Assembly (NCBI GenBank): GCA_016748015.1 | Contig: JAAOMT010000086.1 | Coordinates: forward strand, 12,983 to 76,982 | DNA from: Geosiphon pyriformis uo1 | Lineage: Eukaryota > Fungi > Glomeromycota | Length of the DNA: 64,000 nt | Reading direction: 5' to 3' | Translations under genes and position numbers: made by a program | In this document: piece by piece, positions 1-13,297 of the stretch | Numbering within the stretch: the first letter of the stretch is position 1 | Layout of the letters: each line of letters starts with the position of its first letter | Notes under the pieces: generated by a model | The model's database searches: none | What the model was told of the DNA's origin: nothing | What the model saw: the letters and a program-made list of their open reading frames with translations, nothing else

Positions 1-6
1 GATTAA

Positions 7-1230
7 TTATCTTTTTGAATAATGTTCAATTAAAACTATTAGTTCTAAATCTTGTGGAATTTGTTCTGGTAGAATTAAAGATAATTGTGTTCCAATTTTG
101 AATGTCTTTATTATTATTACTGATTTACTGTAATAGAATTTTAGCTGGTTACCATGTGCTGCTTTTCTTAATATTTTATCATTTAGTCTTAGCTTGTATG
201 CTTTATTTCCAAGTATTTTGTGAATATAAAATAGTCTATCCCACTTGTGATCAAATTTTCCACTCCATTGTTTTTCCATTTTTGTACAATGCAACAATAC
301 TTTATCTCTAATTTTGTAGCTAATTATATTATCTGGTAACTGGTTATTATGTCTCACTTTTTGTTGTTCTTGTGATTGTTCAATATTTTGTGCTGCTTTT
401 CTTCTTTTGTTTTCTAAAATTTCTATTAATTTGTATGTTCTTCTAAGTAGTATTTCCTGGAATGTTGTTTCAGTGATAGTGTTACTTGGATAAATTGGAA
501 TAGTAAGTTCAACTGGTAATATGGCTTTTCTTCTATAAACTAGTTCAAATGGTCTGAATTGTATAGTATCTTGTTTTACTGTTTTATATGCTAGTAGTAC
601 TGCTGGTATAAACAAATTCCATTCTTTTTTATGTTTATTACTAATTTTTGCCAGTGATTCACATAATTTGTGATTAAATCTTTCAACTAATCCATTTGTT
701 TGTGGGTGGTATGGTGATGACAGTGGTTGCTTGATTCCAAATTTTTGGCTAAGTTCTTTTAAGGTGCTATTTACGAAGTATGTGCCTTGATCTGATAGCA
801 ATTTTTGTAGACATCCATGCTGGCAAATTAAGTCTTTATGTACGAATTGAGCTATGGAAATAGCATCAGCTGTTTTAATAGCTCTAACTTCTGGCCATTT
901 GGTAAGATAGTCCAAAGCTATTGCAATATAATAGTTGTTTTTTGTTGTTATAAGTAAGGGTCCAACTAAATCAATTCCAATTCTGTCAAATGGCTGTCCA
1001 ACTTTTATTGGTCTTAATAATTCTGTTGTTTTTGCTCCTTCTTTTCATTGGTATGGGTCACAATTTTTTATGTATTAAATTATGTCTGAACTTATTTTTG
1101 GCCAATAGTAATGGCTAGTTGCATATTAAATGGTTGTTGTTTTTCTAAAGTGGCCTAAATAAATATCTGAGTGCATGTTAAATAAGATAGTTTCTTTTTT
1201 ATCCATGGTTATAACTCTTAATGGATTATC
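7..1230 (-). pseudogene. Integrase of element A
   Basis: ORF 7..915 has DYLTKWPE, LLSDQGTYF and YHPQTNGLVERFN (DDE core) plus a GPY/F-like tail. A broken HHCC region lies upstream. No chromodomain seen. Confidence 0.93.
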
Positions 1231-1439
1231 TGGATTTTGTTGATTCTAGTAATAAAGTATGTGATTTTGAATGAAATCATGTTTTGCTAATTTTTGGAGC
1301 TTAATTAGCTTTTTTACTAGCATTTTTTTGTCTATTTGTAGTGTTTTCAAGCATTGGTTAAGGTTTTTGTAAAGATGGTTATTCATTGTTGTTATGGCAA
1401 GTGGGTTGGTAATTTCTATGTGTGTTTTATTCTTGACAA

Positions 1440-2800
1440 ATAGTCAGCATTAGCATTTTTGGTATCTTCTTTGTATTTGATAATATAATTGTATGGTACT
1501 AATATTTGTGACCATCTGGTGTATTTTTTTTTTAGCACTTTCTTGTTATTTAATCAAACCAGACCTTTATGATCTGTGATAATTTCAAAGGGTTGGTACT
1601 GTAAATATGTGTTAAAGTGAACACAACTCCAGACTACTGGTAAGCATTCAAGTTTGTGTGCTGCATAGTTTTGTTTTGTCATACTGAGACTTCTGCTGGT
1701 ATAAACAATTACATGCTCTCTTCTATTATCATCTTTTTGTGACAAAATGGCTCCAAGTCCAGTTCCAAAGGCATCTGTGGCCAAAATAAATTTCTTATTA
1801 AAATTCGAATAGATTATTATTAGTGATTCAATAAGCTTTTGTCTAAGGTACTCAAAAGCTTTTTGTTGTGCTTTAGTCTATTCAAATTTCACATTTTTGG
1901 ATAGTAGGTAATTAAAGGGTTTGGCAATGTTTGAAAAGTTTTCTACAAAGCAGTGGTAGTAAGATGCAAGTCCTAAAAAGCTTCTAACTTCTGAAACGTT
2001 TTGAGATACTAGAAAATTTTTCACTTTGTTTATTTTTAATAAATCTGGTTTTATTCCATCTTTTCCAACTACGTGTCCTAAAAATGCTAGCTTATTATTC
2101 CCAAAGAAACATTTTTTTAAATTAAGTTTAAGTCCAGTATATTTTAATCTCTCAAAAACTTGTTGTAAATATTGGAGATGATCTGCGAATTTTGGTGAAA
2201 AAACATTTGTATTGTCCAAGTAGACAACAATGAATTGCCACAGAATTCTGGAGTAAATTACATCCATTAGTCTTTGGAATATTGCAGGAGCATTTGTCAA
2301 TTCAAATGGCATTACATTGAACTTATAATTGCTATTTTGTGTTTTGAATGCTGTTTTATGCCTGTTTTTTGGGTCCATTTCTACTTGCCAGTACCCACTG
2401 GTCAAGTTCAGTATAGAAAACCATTTTGCTTCTCCAAAAATGTTGAAAATTTTGTTAATTAATAGTATTGGGTATGAGTCTTTAGTTGTTTTGCTGTTTA
2501 GTTTGCAATAGTCGATGTAAAATCTAATTTTTCCGTTCTTTTTCCTTACTAAAACAACTGGTAAGAACCATGGGCTTATTGATAGTTGAATTATTCTTTT
2601 TTTCAACATGCTTTGGACTTTTTCTCTGATAAAATTATGCTCCATTGATGGGACACGGTAAGCCCATTGTTTTTCAGATCTGGTGTTTCCAGTGGGGATT
2701 TGATGTTGAATGAAGTTGGTTCTTCCAAATTTGCCATTTTATGAAAATATATCAGAGTATCTTAAAATTAATGCTTTTAATTGTCACTGTTGGTCAGAAT
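1440..2800 (-). pseudogene. Reverse transcriptase and RNase H of element A
   Basis: SPWFLPVVLV, RFYIDYCKLN, MPFELTNAPAIFQRLM, YLDN (from YLDD). RNase H: TDAFGTGLGAILSQ, ITDHKGL. Confidence 0.95.
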
Positions 2801-3249
2801 CCATTGTTCTAATGTTTAATTTGGCCAATTCTTCTGGCATAAATTGATAGCATTCTAATGATTGTTGCCAATTTATTGAAGTGAGTTCACAGTAGAGGGC
2901 AATTTCTGGGAAATTTAGAATTTTTTGTGGTATTGATGTGTTTTCCAGCTCTATTTCAAGGTATCCAATGATAGTATCTTCCAGAATATAGATGAGTTCT
3001 TCTGTGGTGTTTGCGATAGAAATTTTTATCTATTGAGCTTTATCAGCTGAAATAAAAAGGTTAGTAAGTCCTATGAAAAACTGTTGACAAGTTTTTGGGT
3101 AGGGCTCAAATATTAGGTTTTTTTTTTTAATTGTTCTTTTTATTCTTATTTCTGATTTTCCATATGGTAGGAGCATAATGAACTGTTCAGTTTTAATTAC
3201 TTTGCCTTTTTTCTCTATTTTTTCAGTGAAATTCACTTCAATTCCTTTT

Positions 3250-3660
3250 TTTGTCGATCCGAAACCAAAAGTTCCTCTCGTTGTTTGTAACAATTCCTCA
3301 TGATTTTCCACTGGCATGAATTTCCCAATTTTTACCAATGGTAGGAAAATTGCTTGTGCAATCTTTTCCTTAGATTCAATGGTATAAGGCTTTTCTGAAT
3401 TGTTCTGTAGCAAAACCATCAAATTTCCAGTGTATTCAGAATCAATTACTTCTCCTTGAATGCTTATTCCTTTTTTTGCGAAACTTGATCACAACACTAT
3501 TTGAACCATTATTCCTGGCAAAATTTTAACCACTATTTTTAGGTTGATTTTGGTAATGCTCCTGGATAGTAACGTTGTGGATTGGTCTTCCAGATAACAT
3601 AGATCGAATCCGGCATCAGTTGGATGGGCTTTTTCAGGTATTATTCCTAAGTGACTATTG
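3250..3660 (-). pseudogene. dUTPase domain of element A
   Basis: All five trimeric dUTPase motifs: DAGFDL, (R>*)SS, VIDSEYTG, IAQ, RGTFGFGST. Confidence 0.93.
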
Positions 3661-3809
3661 TTAAAGTATCAGATGTCAATCACCTGTTCTAGGTTGGTAT
3701 AGGCTACAAATTTTTCTGACTCGGAACTGTCAGGTGAGTCTTGTTGATTTATTGATTGATTTTGAGACTGCTGATTCTCAATTTCCAATTTTTTTCTAAG
3801 TTCTTTTCA

Positions 3810-4420
3810 TTTTGACACTCTTTACAGCACTGATTTTGGCATAGGATAAAACAGTTTTCGCAGAGGTAAGTGTTGATTTAGACAAGGTATTGTTCTTGTT
3901 CTTGTCGAGTGAGGCATAGTTGTTGGTAGTAGTCCTGAAATTCATTCACTGGGTCGAACATGTTGTAGCTGACAACTTTGTCAGCTACTTTGGCTGACTC
4001 TTTCCAACTTTGTATTTTTTTGGCAGTTTTTCCTCTTACTTTGGCTTGTGCGGTGTTATACAACTCATTCTTGTCGTGTGAATAGTGCTGTAATCTTTTT
4101 AATGCTCTGTTGAATGCTGCTTCAAATGGCATTTCTCCTCTTATCTAGTTACAGATAAGGATTGTGTATTGGCAAGTTATATCACACATTCTTCCTCTGC
4201 CTGATATGTCATTCCAGTTGCACCCTCTTGGTAATAGTTCTCTATAAGCGAGGCACGGTTCCTCATCCCATTTTCCATGTCTTTCTGGATAACCATATTT
4301 TTTTTTTTTACAATAGTTGCAATAGTAGTGGGTGAAGTTTCTTGGGTCTTTGTCTGGTGCACTGCACGCAGTCATAGATGAGAGTTTCTTCTTGCAAACT
4401 GAACATTCTAGCTTTGGTTT
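3810..4420 (-). pseudogene. Cys-rich putative multi-zinc module of element A
   Basis: CSVCKKKL...YYCNYC...PCLA...CDITC...LCENCFILCQNQCCKEC; the same pattern recurs in B, C and E. Confidence 0.75.
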
Positions 4421-4659
4421 GCGTTGCTGGTGGTTTCTTCATAAACTTACCTGGTTCCATTTGGATCTTTGTTTGCTAGTCCATGTTAGTACAGCTAGTA
4501 GTCCTGTTCTTTGGTCATCAATCCAAGAGAGCTGATAGGTTTTGATGACTGGTAGTACTGAATTTTTTTCAAATTCAAAGGTAGGTCTTTGGTTGGTGCT
4601 GGGTTTTTGGAAGTGGCTACAGGTGGCCAGAATTCTGGCCTGGTGGCCATTATAATTGA

Positions 4660-4990
4660 TCAAAAGCTCTTGAGTAGTCTAGTCTAGAATGGCATTGGCT
4701 TTTGTTAACCAGTCATTCCCTATTAATGCTTGATATTATATAGTGTTTATTACTAATACTTTTGTAGGTATTACTATGTCATTAACTTCAAAAGGAAATG
4801 AGTTGATTTCACCATGAGACAGTTTTGTACTTCCATTGGCTGTTATAATTTGAGACATTACAGCACAATCAACTTTAAAACCCAGTTGGTTTACTAGTTG
4901 AAGCATTATGATGCTTCTAGTGGATCCACTATCTAAGATAAGTTTGATTGGAGTATTTTTTATAGTGGCTTCCGTATACATAGCAATAAT
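4660..4990 (-). pseudogene. Retroviral-type aspartic protease of element A
   Basis: LILDSGSTRSII catalytic motif and ALIGNDWL. Confidence 0.9.
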
Positions 4991-5459
4991 TGGGCATTTT
5001 TTGTCCAATGCTGCTCCACTAAACATAGCCTCATTTTCCTCTAATTCAAAAGAAAAAATAGCTACAAGACTGTTATCTTTGGTGGCAACTGCTGGTGGTA
5101 TTGTTTGGCTCAATTTGTTAAAGGAATTTTCGGTTCTGTTTATGTTTCTACTGTTAGTGTTTTTGATGATCAGATTTTCCAGTATATTAAGGTAAGTTTG
5201 TTGATAATTTTGGTAGTTTGAATTGGTTTGCTAACTGGTTCCGGCGCGGTTTGAATTTCTCTGAACCAATGTATTCTGGTTCTATATAGGCTGATTTTGG
5301 GGCTCAGGATGCCAATTCAGGTTGGCTATCATGGGCTGTTGCTGGTAAGTTCCTTGATTTTGATATGTGGTGAGATATTGGTGTGATAGTGGCGTGTACT
5401 GGTTTCTAAACATTTGGGATGACACATAATAATTATTTTTACGTGCTTTCTGCATTATT

Positions 5460-7097
5460 TGCATTCAATATTGACTAATCAAATGTCCTATGCATTTGCA
5501 AAAATGGCAGGCACGTGTTTCTGTTCTGAATTTTTGGCACGATGAGCAATTATTTCAACTGTTGCTGACTTTCTGGCTGCATCTTTGGGGTGGTTGGTAT
5601 GTATTTCTTCTTGGATCCAGGATAAAGTAACTTTCTATTTTCTTAGAGAGTTCTTTCCATAATTGCATTACTCTTTTCTCTAACATTTTTGTCTTATTTT
5701 TCTTCATTACTATGTTAACTATTTGACTATGATTAGCTTCTTTCTCAGCCAATTCAAAAGCTTTGGTGAGCATTATGGCTTCTGGTAAGAAATTAGGATG
5801 GGCAGAGCATACTCTTCCTAAAATGCTGCTTTTTAATTCTTTAATAAACTGATTTAAAACCTAAGGATCAGTGTAGTATTCTTGTTCAATCACTTTAATC
5901 TGATGGTGAATTTGATTGAATCGAGCAAGATATTGGGTGACAGTTTCACCAGTACCTTGCTTGATAGTATTGAATTCGTTTTGTAGTTGAATTATGGTGT
6001 TTGGGTCACTAAAATACTCCAGGAGTGCATTTTTAAATTCAGTGAAGCTTGTGGGTTTTGTTTCCAGACTTTGATACCATGAGTCGGCTGTGTCTTTCAA
6101 AAAGAAAGGTAATGTTTGAATTGCTCTTTGGTCATTTCAGTTATTTGCCTAAATGGCTTTTTTTGCTTCTCTGAGCCATGTGTACATGTCCATTTCTTCT
6201 TTTTCTCCTGAGAAATCTGTTAGTTTTGCAATATATAATGTGGCCATTTCGTCGCTATTTTCTACTAGTAGACTTATAAGTCTAAGAGGAGGTGGGATAA
6301 TATTTCCTTGAGCATTCCTAAAAATGGCTTTTCTTATATTTGGTTTTTTCACTTGATCATGAGTTTCTTGGTTTCTGGACTGGCTGCTTGTTCCAGTGAC
6401 TGGTCTCTTTTTTGGATTCCAATTCAGACTCCTCTTCACGGTTTTCAAATCCCATTCCAAATTTTGGCTGAAAAAAAGAGTTTTGGAATAGCAATGAATA
6501 TTTTTCTGTAATTGGTATGTTTCTCTAGTTATATTGTTTAATTTTATCAGTATAACTAAGAGTTCTTGGCATTTGTGAAGTTGATGTTGATGATAATGCA
6601 GCTCCTAATAGAATTTGTATCTTATTTTCTGGTGAAAAATGGTATGATTTATTTTCTGGTGAATAAATACATTGTTTCTTTATTGATTGAGTAACAGTTT
6701 TCTTTGGTGTTTGAGCAGGTGTTCATAGTTTTTGCTGGTTACTTTCCTGATTAGTGTTTAAATTTTTTTTGGTTTTGTTGGTGCATTCCCTAGTGTTTCC
6801 TGTGAATATTGGAAAATTTTTGTTGGCGTATTGCTCAATTTTTCAATGGATTTTGATAATAGTTGTGACTATTACTTCTACTTCCTTTGTATTATGATAA
6901 TTCTCTATACAATCCAAGTTTTGCATGTGTGGTTCTTCTTTCTTTTCTATATGATAATTTATTCTGGCGTTAATATAATAAGTGAGGGCAGATTCTACTG
7001 GACAACACTTTTCTGGTAATTTAAGATCACTTTGATGTTGTGTGTAAATAGCATGGCAGAATTCAAGAACAGTAAGATTAGGAGTTTTTGTCGCCAC
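5460..7097 (-). pseudogene. Gag of element A with long N-terminal extension and zinc knuckle
   Basis: FSGEKEE..WLRE, ADSWYQSL, IKQGTGETVTQYLARF (retrotransposon Gag); degenerate knuckle CHFCKCIGHLISQY near 5470-5512. Confidence 0.85.
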
Positions 7098-7179
7098 TTT
7101 TGTCTTTTTTTTTTTAGCAATGAATTATTGCTAATTATTATTTTCTTTTTGATTTTCTTTCCTCATAGGGTTCACTAAA

Positions 7180-7524
7180 TGTTACAGAATAATTTTCTTG
7201 TTATATTTAATTGCTAATATCTCATTTTAATTGCAATTAGTCTCTTGTGAGTTCCTCAATTCTATTTGTGTGATAATGTTACTGTTATACTGAAGGCTTT
7301 CTCTTTAATGTTGTGATGTAAGTTATTTCTCAATTCCTAATTGTTGTGTGTGTTTATGTACTCCTTCTCAGAAGCTGAACTGAAATCTACCCACTGTTTG
7401 GGGTCTTCTCTGAAGCTATCCTTGTAATTGCCTAATGTGTTTCTCTAATCTAGAAACACGAAATATTAATGGCCTTTATCACTTTTCTTAATTTTCACAA
7501 TAAAGCTTTTATCAATTAGTAACA
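7180..7524 (-). repeat. Putative 5' LTR of element A
   Basis: TGTTAC...GTAACA termini like the other LTRs here, adjacent to the PBS-like site. Partner LTR is outside the window, so the outer boundary is unconfirmed. Confidence 0.55.
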
Positions 7525-7867
7525 ACATGAATAATCTTGATTAGAGATTATTCTTCCAAGAAATTCAACTGATGAATGATAGTTTTATTCAATAATTAAC
7601 ACAAGTGAGTTTTTTACTACTTTGGGGTTGTGATAATTCAGTTTTAAATATTCTTTTTCAATTTTTTTTAATTTAAAAGTTTCTTGAGATATTTAATTTA
7701 AAGGTACAATTTAAAGTGGAGTTTGTTGGATAAATTGGATCTATTGCTTGATAAGTTATGATTTTTATTATTTGATTGTCTTTTCTCAATATTAAAACTA
7801 TTATATATATACATGTTTGTAGTTTTATAAAAAAACACATTGTAATACTTTCTTTTTGATATTTCAA

Positions 7868-7956
7868 CCTGGTGTTTGCTGCTATCACCAGTTGGTGTTG
7901 GCTGCTATTGTGAACTGGTGCTTGCCACTATCACGAGATAGTGTTTGCTACTATGT
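7868..7956. repeat. Degenerate ~23-bp tandem repeat, about 4 units
   Basis: GGTGTTTGCTGCTATCAC-like unit is repeated. Confidence 0.6.
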
Positions 7957-8073
7957 TAATCATTATCTTTCTAAGATTATTACTGCACTATATTATGATT
8001 GAATAGTTTATATTATTTTTATGATTCTTTTGCTAAATTCTTAAACCATAACAGTGTGATATATTTAGTATAA

Positions 8074-8850
8074 TTTGATAAATTGTTTAGTGTGGTTTTT
8101 GACCTGTCTAATGGCAAAGCTGCTGGTCTCTCAGATGTTTCAAATAAGCTTTGGAAGTATTATGACAAGTTAATCTTAGATATGCTTTTGGTGCTTTTGA
8201 ATTCTTGTTTATCTAATAAATCAGTGCTTGGGCCTTGAAAAGAGGCTTGGGTATTGATGATTCCCAAATCATATGAATGAGAAGGTGTTTTTACAAATAC
8301 TTGTTCTATTGCTTTGATTAAAACAGCTTGCAAGATTTTTTCCAAGATTTTTTTTGATAGAATTTCTTTGACATACAGCACTTTTGATGTTCTTTGTGGT
8401 GACAATTTTTTGGTTTTAAAAGGTATAACAATCCAATCTCCTATTTTTGCAATTGGGTCCATGGTTGAGAATGTTCTAGAAAAAAATTGAGAGTTATGAC
8501 TAGTCTTACAGGATATGCAGAAAGCATATAACTTAATTGGATGAGAGCATCTCAAGAAGAACTTGGTCAGAATTAAAATGTATGGCAAATTTATTAGGTT
8601 TTTTGGTAGTATTTATAGGGATTATACCAATCAAGTTATGACTGATTTCAGACTTATTATTGGTTACCATGTACATGATAGTTTGGACCAAGAAAAGGTT
8701 TTTTTCTGTCTTCTGTGACACATATTTTATGATCTCCTGTTTTGTAAAGTTAAGCATCAAGAAAATGTGTGTGGGTATAGACTGAATTCTTAGTTTATCA
8801 CCTGAAATGGTCATGCTGAATTTAGAGCTGATCTCAATTAAAATCTGCAA
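8074..8850 (+). mobile_element. Non-LTR (LINE) reverse transcriptase fragment
   Basis: Plus-strand translation through stops: GKAAGLSDVS, *KEAWVLMIPK, TCSIALIKTACKIFSKI, LQDMQKAYNLIGWEHL, DSLDQEKVFFCLL*HIFYD. Not shown in the ORF track. Confidence 0.88.
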
Positions 8851-8899
8851 GGTTGAAGAACATAAATTGGTAATTTGGATTTGTCTTTTTAATAATTAT

Positions 8900-9273
8900 T
8901 GTATTTTAGAATATAGATATAGGATATAATAAATATAATACAAAATAAAATTAAACACTATTTAACTATTTTTTTTTTCTAACTTCTACAATTATCTGCT
9001 TTTATATATTTTTTTGGTTTTACAAGATTGCTTTCCATTGTTTTGCTATTGCCAGCTATTGCTTTGCTATTTCTGTTATTGCTTTATTTTTCTATGTTAT
9101 CTTTAGTTATCTTATGTTATAATATGTTATTTGATATTATTACATGTTATTCTGTGTTATCTTATGTTATAATGTATTATTCTGCACTATTATATGCTAT
9201 TTTGTGTTATATTACATTTTTTTTTTGGTTATATTTCTTTATAACTTTGGATTGGTTTTCTATTCAGATAATA
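8900..9273 (-). repeat. Putative 3' LTR of element B
   Basis: Begins TATTATC (from TGTTA..) right after the purine tract AAAAAGTGAGAGATAA and contains short ATAAC repeats. Distal end uncertain. Confidence 0.55.
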
Positions 9274-9287
9274 TTATCTCTCACTTT

Positions 9288-10016
9288 TTAGAATTGAGTT
9301 TCTGCAAAATTATATGTATTTGATATAATAACTTCATTTATGTAGTGTTCAATTGTTGTGTTAAGTATTGTTTTTTATAGGTTCTCAAACCATTGATTAG
9401 TTATTCATTCTATGTTGTTAATTGTTATGGTTTTTATAGATCTATACACCAGTATATTTGGACAATGTTGGAAAGCAATGTACAATTAGTATGCTGTTTT
9501 ATAATATAACATCAAGTTGCTTCTTTCTATGAATTTTTCTACTTGTTGTATTGCTTTTTTGTTGAATGTTTTCTGGCTGAGGTCTTCATATAGTGTTTTC
9601 AAGTCAAGCTGTTCTCCAATTTTGTAGAACCAATAAGTTAACAAAAGTTTTTTTTTTTATTTTTGAGTGTTGTCTGGTGTCCATCCCCCTGTTTTGGGGA
9701 GATTGGTTTTTTGAGCTAAAGTCTTTTTGATTTCTTTGAGCTTGGAGACCAAGTATCTTTTTTTATAAAATACTTCTTGTTCCTTCACTCTTTCTCTTTC
9801 ATGTCCTGTCTGAAAGGAAGCTTTTTGCCAATTTTTTTTTTTGGATATTGTGAAAAGATAAGAATGGTTAGTTTCAATTAAACTTTCTTCTTTCTTGCTT
9901 CTGTCTTTGTATTGTATTTCTTTTTTATTAATTGTGATTTTTATTTGAGCATTGGATTGTTAAATCATGTCAAATAGTTGTTTTGAGAGTTGTAGAATTT
10001 AATCTGAAAGCTTCAT
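9288..10016 (-). pseudogene. ORF3 (unknown protein) of element B
   Basis: Frameshifted ORF MKLSD*ILQLSKQL...LLTYWFYKIGEQL...KTAY*LYIAFQHCPNIL...; aligns by eye with ORF3 of C. Confidence 0.7.
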
Positions 10017-13000
10017 GTTGGAAGTTTTATTAACTTATTTTTTTTTGTTGTTTCAGTAGTTATATATACTTAAATTTTTTCAGTTAAATAGTTGTGTATT
10101 AATTTTATGTTTTGATGATGATGATTGGTTCTAAATCTCATGATATATTTTCTGGTCTGATTAATAGAATTTGTGTTTCTAGTTGATGCATAGATGACAA
10201 TAACTGTTGTTTTGTATAATAAATTTTTAATTAGTTTCCATAAGCTACTTTCTTTAAAATCTTGTTTTCTAATCGTAATTTGTAAGCTCTATTTTCTAAC
10301 ACTTCTTGTATATAAAATAGACCATCACACTTTGGGTTAAACTTTTTACTTCATTGTTTTTTAGCTTTTATATGATGTAATAGTACTTGGTCTCAATCTT
10401 GAATTCCATTGGTTGCTTAGATAAACAGTTATCATATCTTTTTTTCTGTTGTTCTTGAGTATTACTAATATTGTTAGCTGCTGTTTTACAATTGCCTTCT
10501 AATGTTTCTATTAACTGGTATGTTTTTTGGTATAAGGTAGCTTCAAAATTTCTTTCTGTAATCATTTCAGTTGAGTATGACTGTATTTTTTGTTCAATAG
10601 ATAACATTGCTTTTTTTTCATAAACTAGTTCAAATAATATAAACTGAGTCATATTTTGCTTTAATGTTCAGTATGCTAGTAATACAGAAGATATGAATAA
10701 GTCCCATTCTTGTGTGTTTTCATAGCTTATTTTCACTAATACTTTACACAATGTTCAGTTAAATCATTCAACTAGTCCATTTGTTTACAGATAATATGAT
10801 AACAAAAAGGATCACTTTATTCCAAACTGTTGGCTTAATTCAGTCAGTGTACTATTAACAAAATACATTCCTTGGTCAGATAGCAATTTTTTCAGACATC
10901 TATGTCTACAAATCAGGTTTTGGTGTACAAACTCAGCTACTGTTTTAGCATCTGCTACTTGGATGGCTCTGGCTTTTAGCCATTTTGTTAAGTAGTCTAT
11001 GACTACAATAATGTATTGATTTCTCTTAGATGTTATAGAGAAAGAACCAACCAAATTGATCTCAATTCTATCAAATGAATTTCCAATTGGAATGGATTGA
11101 AGTGGTTCTGTTATTTTGGCTTTTTCTCTTTTTTGGCATGAATTATAATTAAAAATATACTCGAAAATATTCTTATATATTGTTGGCCAATAATATATGT
11201 TTATTGTTCTTTCTAAGGTAGTGTCTTTATTAAAGTGTCTTGCAGTTGGGTCTAAGTATATGCTATATAGAATAGTGTTCTTTTTACTGTCTTTTATAAC
11301 TTGCTGTGGAGTGATGTGGTTTTGTTATTCTCGATGGTATAGTTGATTGTTTTAAATAAAGTAGTTTCATGCTTGTTTTCATATAGTATTTTGTTCCTGT
11401 TAAGATAATATTTCTTGGAACTAAAGTGTTGATAAGTACTGCTGTATTTACTAATAAGGGATTGTGTTTATGATTTTGAATTAGATTTGTGGCATTCTCA
11501 ACAAACTGTTGGTATTGGTATTCTTTAATTCTTTTTTGTAGTAAACTTTGAGTGAGAATTGTTGTAGATAAGTACCCCATCTTACATATTTTCTTTTTAA
11601 TTGTGAATTATTGAATAACCAAATAAGTTCTTTGTAGTCGGTATATAAGTCAAATAGTTGACTAAGATAATGTTTCCAAGCTGTATGGCCCAATAAATAG
11701 TGAGACATTTTAAATCTATTGTACTATATATCTTTTCTGTGGAGTTAGTGCTGTGACTGGTGTAAACAATTGGATGTTCTCTTTTGTCCAGTCCTATTTA
11801 CAATAAGTCAGCTCCTAATGCATTTTTCAAGGCATCTGTAGCAACAATAGAATGTTTAGTGAAATTGAAATAAATTAATATAGGAGAGGTAATCAGTCAC
11901 TGCTTGAGATAGTCAAATGCTTTCTGTTAATCTTTCTTCTACAAATATGGTATGTATTTAGATAATAAGTAATGGAGTGGTTTTTGAGAATTTTTTGACA
12001 AATTGGTGATAGTATCATGCTAATTCTAAAAATTTTCATAATTTACACAGATTGATTGAGGCTGGAAAGTCTTTAACTTTTTGGATTTTGTCTGAATCAG
12101 ACTTAACTCTGTCTTTTCTGATCACTTGTTCTAAGAATTTCAGTTTGGTTTTTTTGAAAAAGCATTTGTTGGGATTAAGTTTTAATTCAGCATCTCAAAA
12201 GTGCTCAAACACTTGTTAAAGGTAAAGCAAATAGTCATTAAATGTTTCCAAGAACATGTTAGTATCATCCAGATAAACTACGACTGATTTCCAAAGAATT
12301 CCTTTGTATACTACATCCATAAGACATTGAAAAGTGGCAGAAGCATTACAAAGTCCAAAAAGCATCACATTGAACTCAAAATTGCTGTCTCAAATTGTAA
12401 ACACTGTTTTTTTTTTGTCTTTGAAGTCCATTTCAACTTGCCAATAACTACTTGCTAAATCTAATGATAAGAACTATTTCTTTTTTCTTAAATTGTCCAG
12501 AATTTCTTGGATAAGAGAAGTGAAATAACTATCTTTTCAAATGATGCTATTTAATTTTCAGTAATCTATACAGAATTGCACTTTTCTATTTTTCTTGGTA
12601 ACCAAGACTATTGGAGAAGACTAAGAGCTTAATAATTCTTTGATTAAAGATTATTAAGCATTTGTTGTACTTTTTGCTTAATTAAATTATCACCAAATAG
12701 AGGTACTTGGTAAGTTTATTGCTTAATAGGTCAAGTATTTCCTGTGTTGATTTGGTGTTTTACGATGTCTGTACATTGTAACTCATTTTTGCTGACAAAA
12801 ACATTGGCATACTGATTCAGAAGAACTTTGAGTTGTATTTGTTGCAGAGTACTTAAGTTTCCTAAATTTAATTTATTGATCTCTTCTGGTGTGAACAAGT
12901 AACTTTCTTTTGGCAAATTCCATACTTGTAAGATAATGTCACAGAACAAAAACAATTGCATGAAATCTAAAATGGGCTGAGATTTTTCTGAATTCTGAAT

Positions 13001-13297
13001 ATTTGGAGATATAAAACTAATAAGAGTTTCCTCCAGAATTTCTATAACATTTTTAGTCAGATTGTAAATGAGAATTTTAAAGTGTTTATAAGCCTTTGCG
13101 AATAAGTATAAGTTAGCAATATTGGCTAAAAAACAGATTTTGGGATCTGCTTTAAATAACAGAACTTGACTTTGGATTTTTCAGTTTACTTTAAGAATGT
13201 ATTGTCTGTATGGAGGAATGAAAATAATGGTATTAATGTAAATAAATTCTATTTTGTTACTGTCTTTCTCTGTGAAATTAACTGGTATATTTTTTTT

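Larger units (their letters stand above)
1..7524 (-). mobile_element. Ty3/Gypsy LTR retrotransposon A (decayed; 3' end outside window)
   Basis: Minus-strand order gag-PR-Cys-rich-dUTPase-RT-RH-IN. Putative LTR ends ...TGTAACA and is followed by a PBS-like TTTAGTGAACCC at 7168-7179. Confidence 0.93.

Noticed and set aside
8160-8850. Two minus-strand ORFs as genes
   Set aside because: They are antisense shadows of the plus-strand LINE RT.
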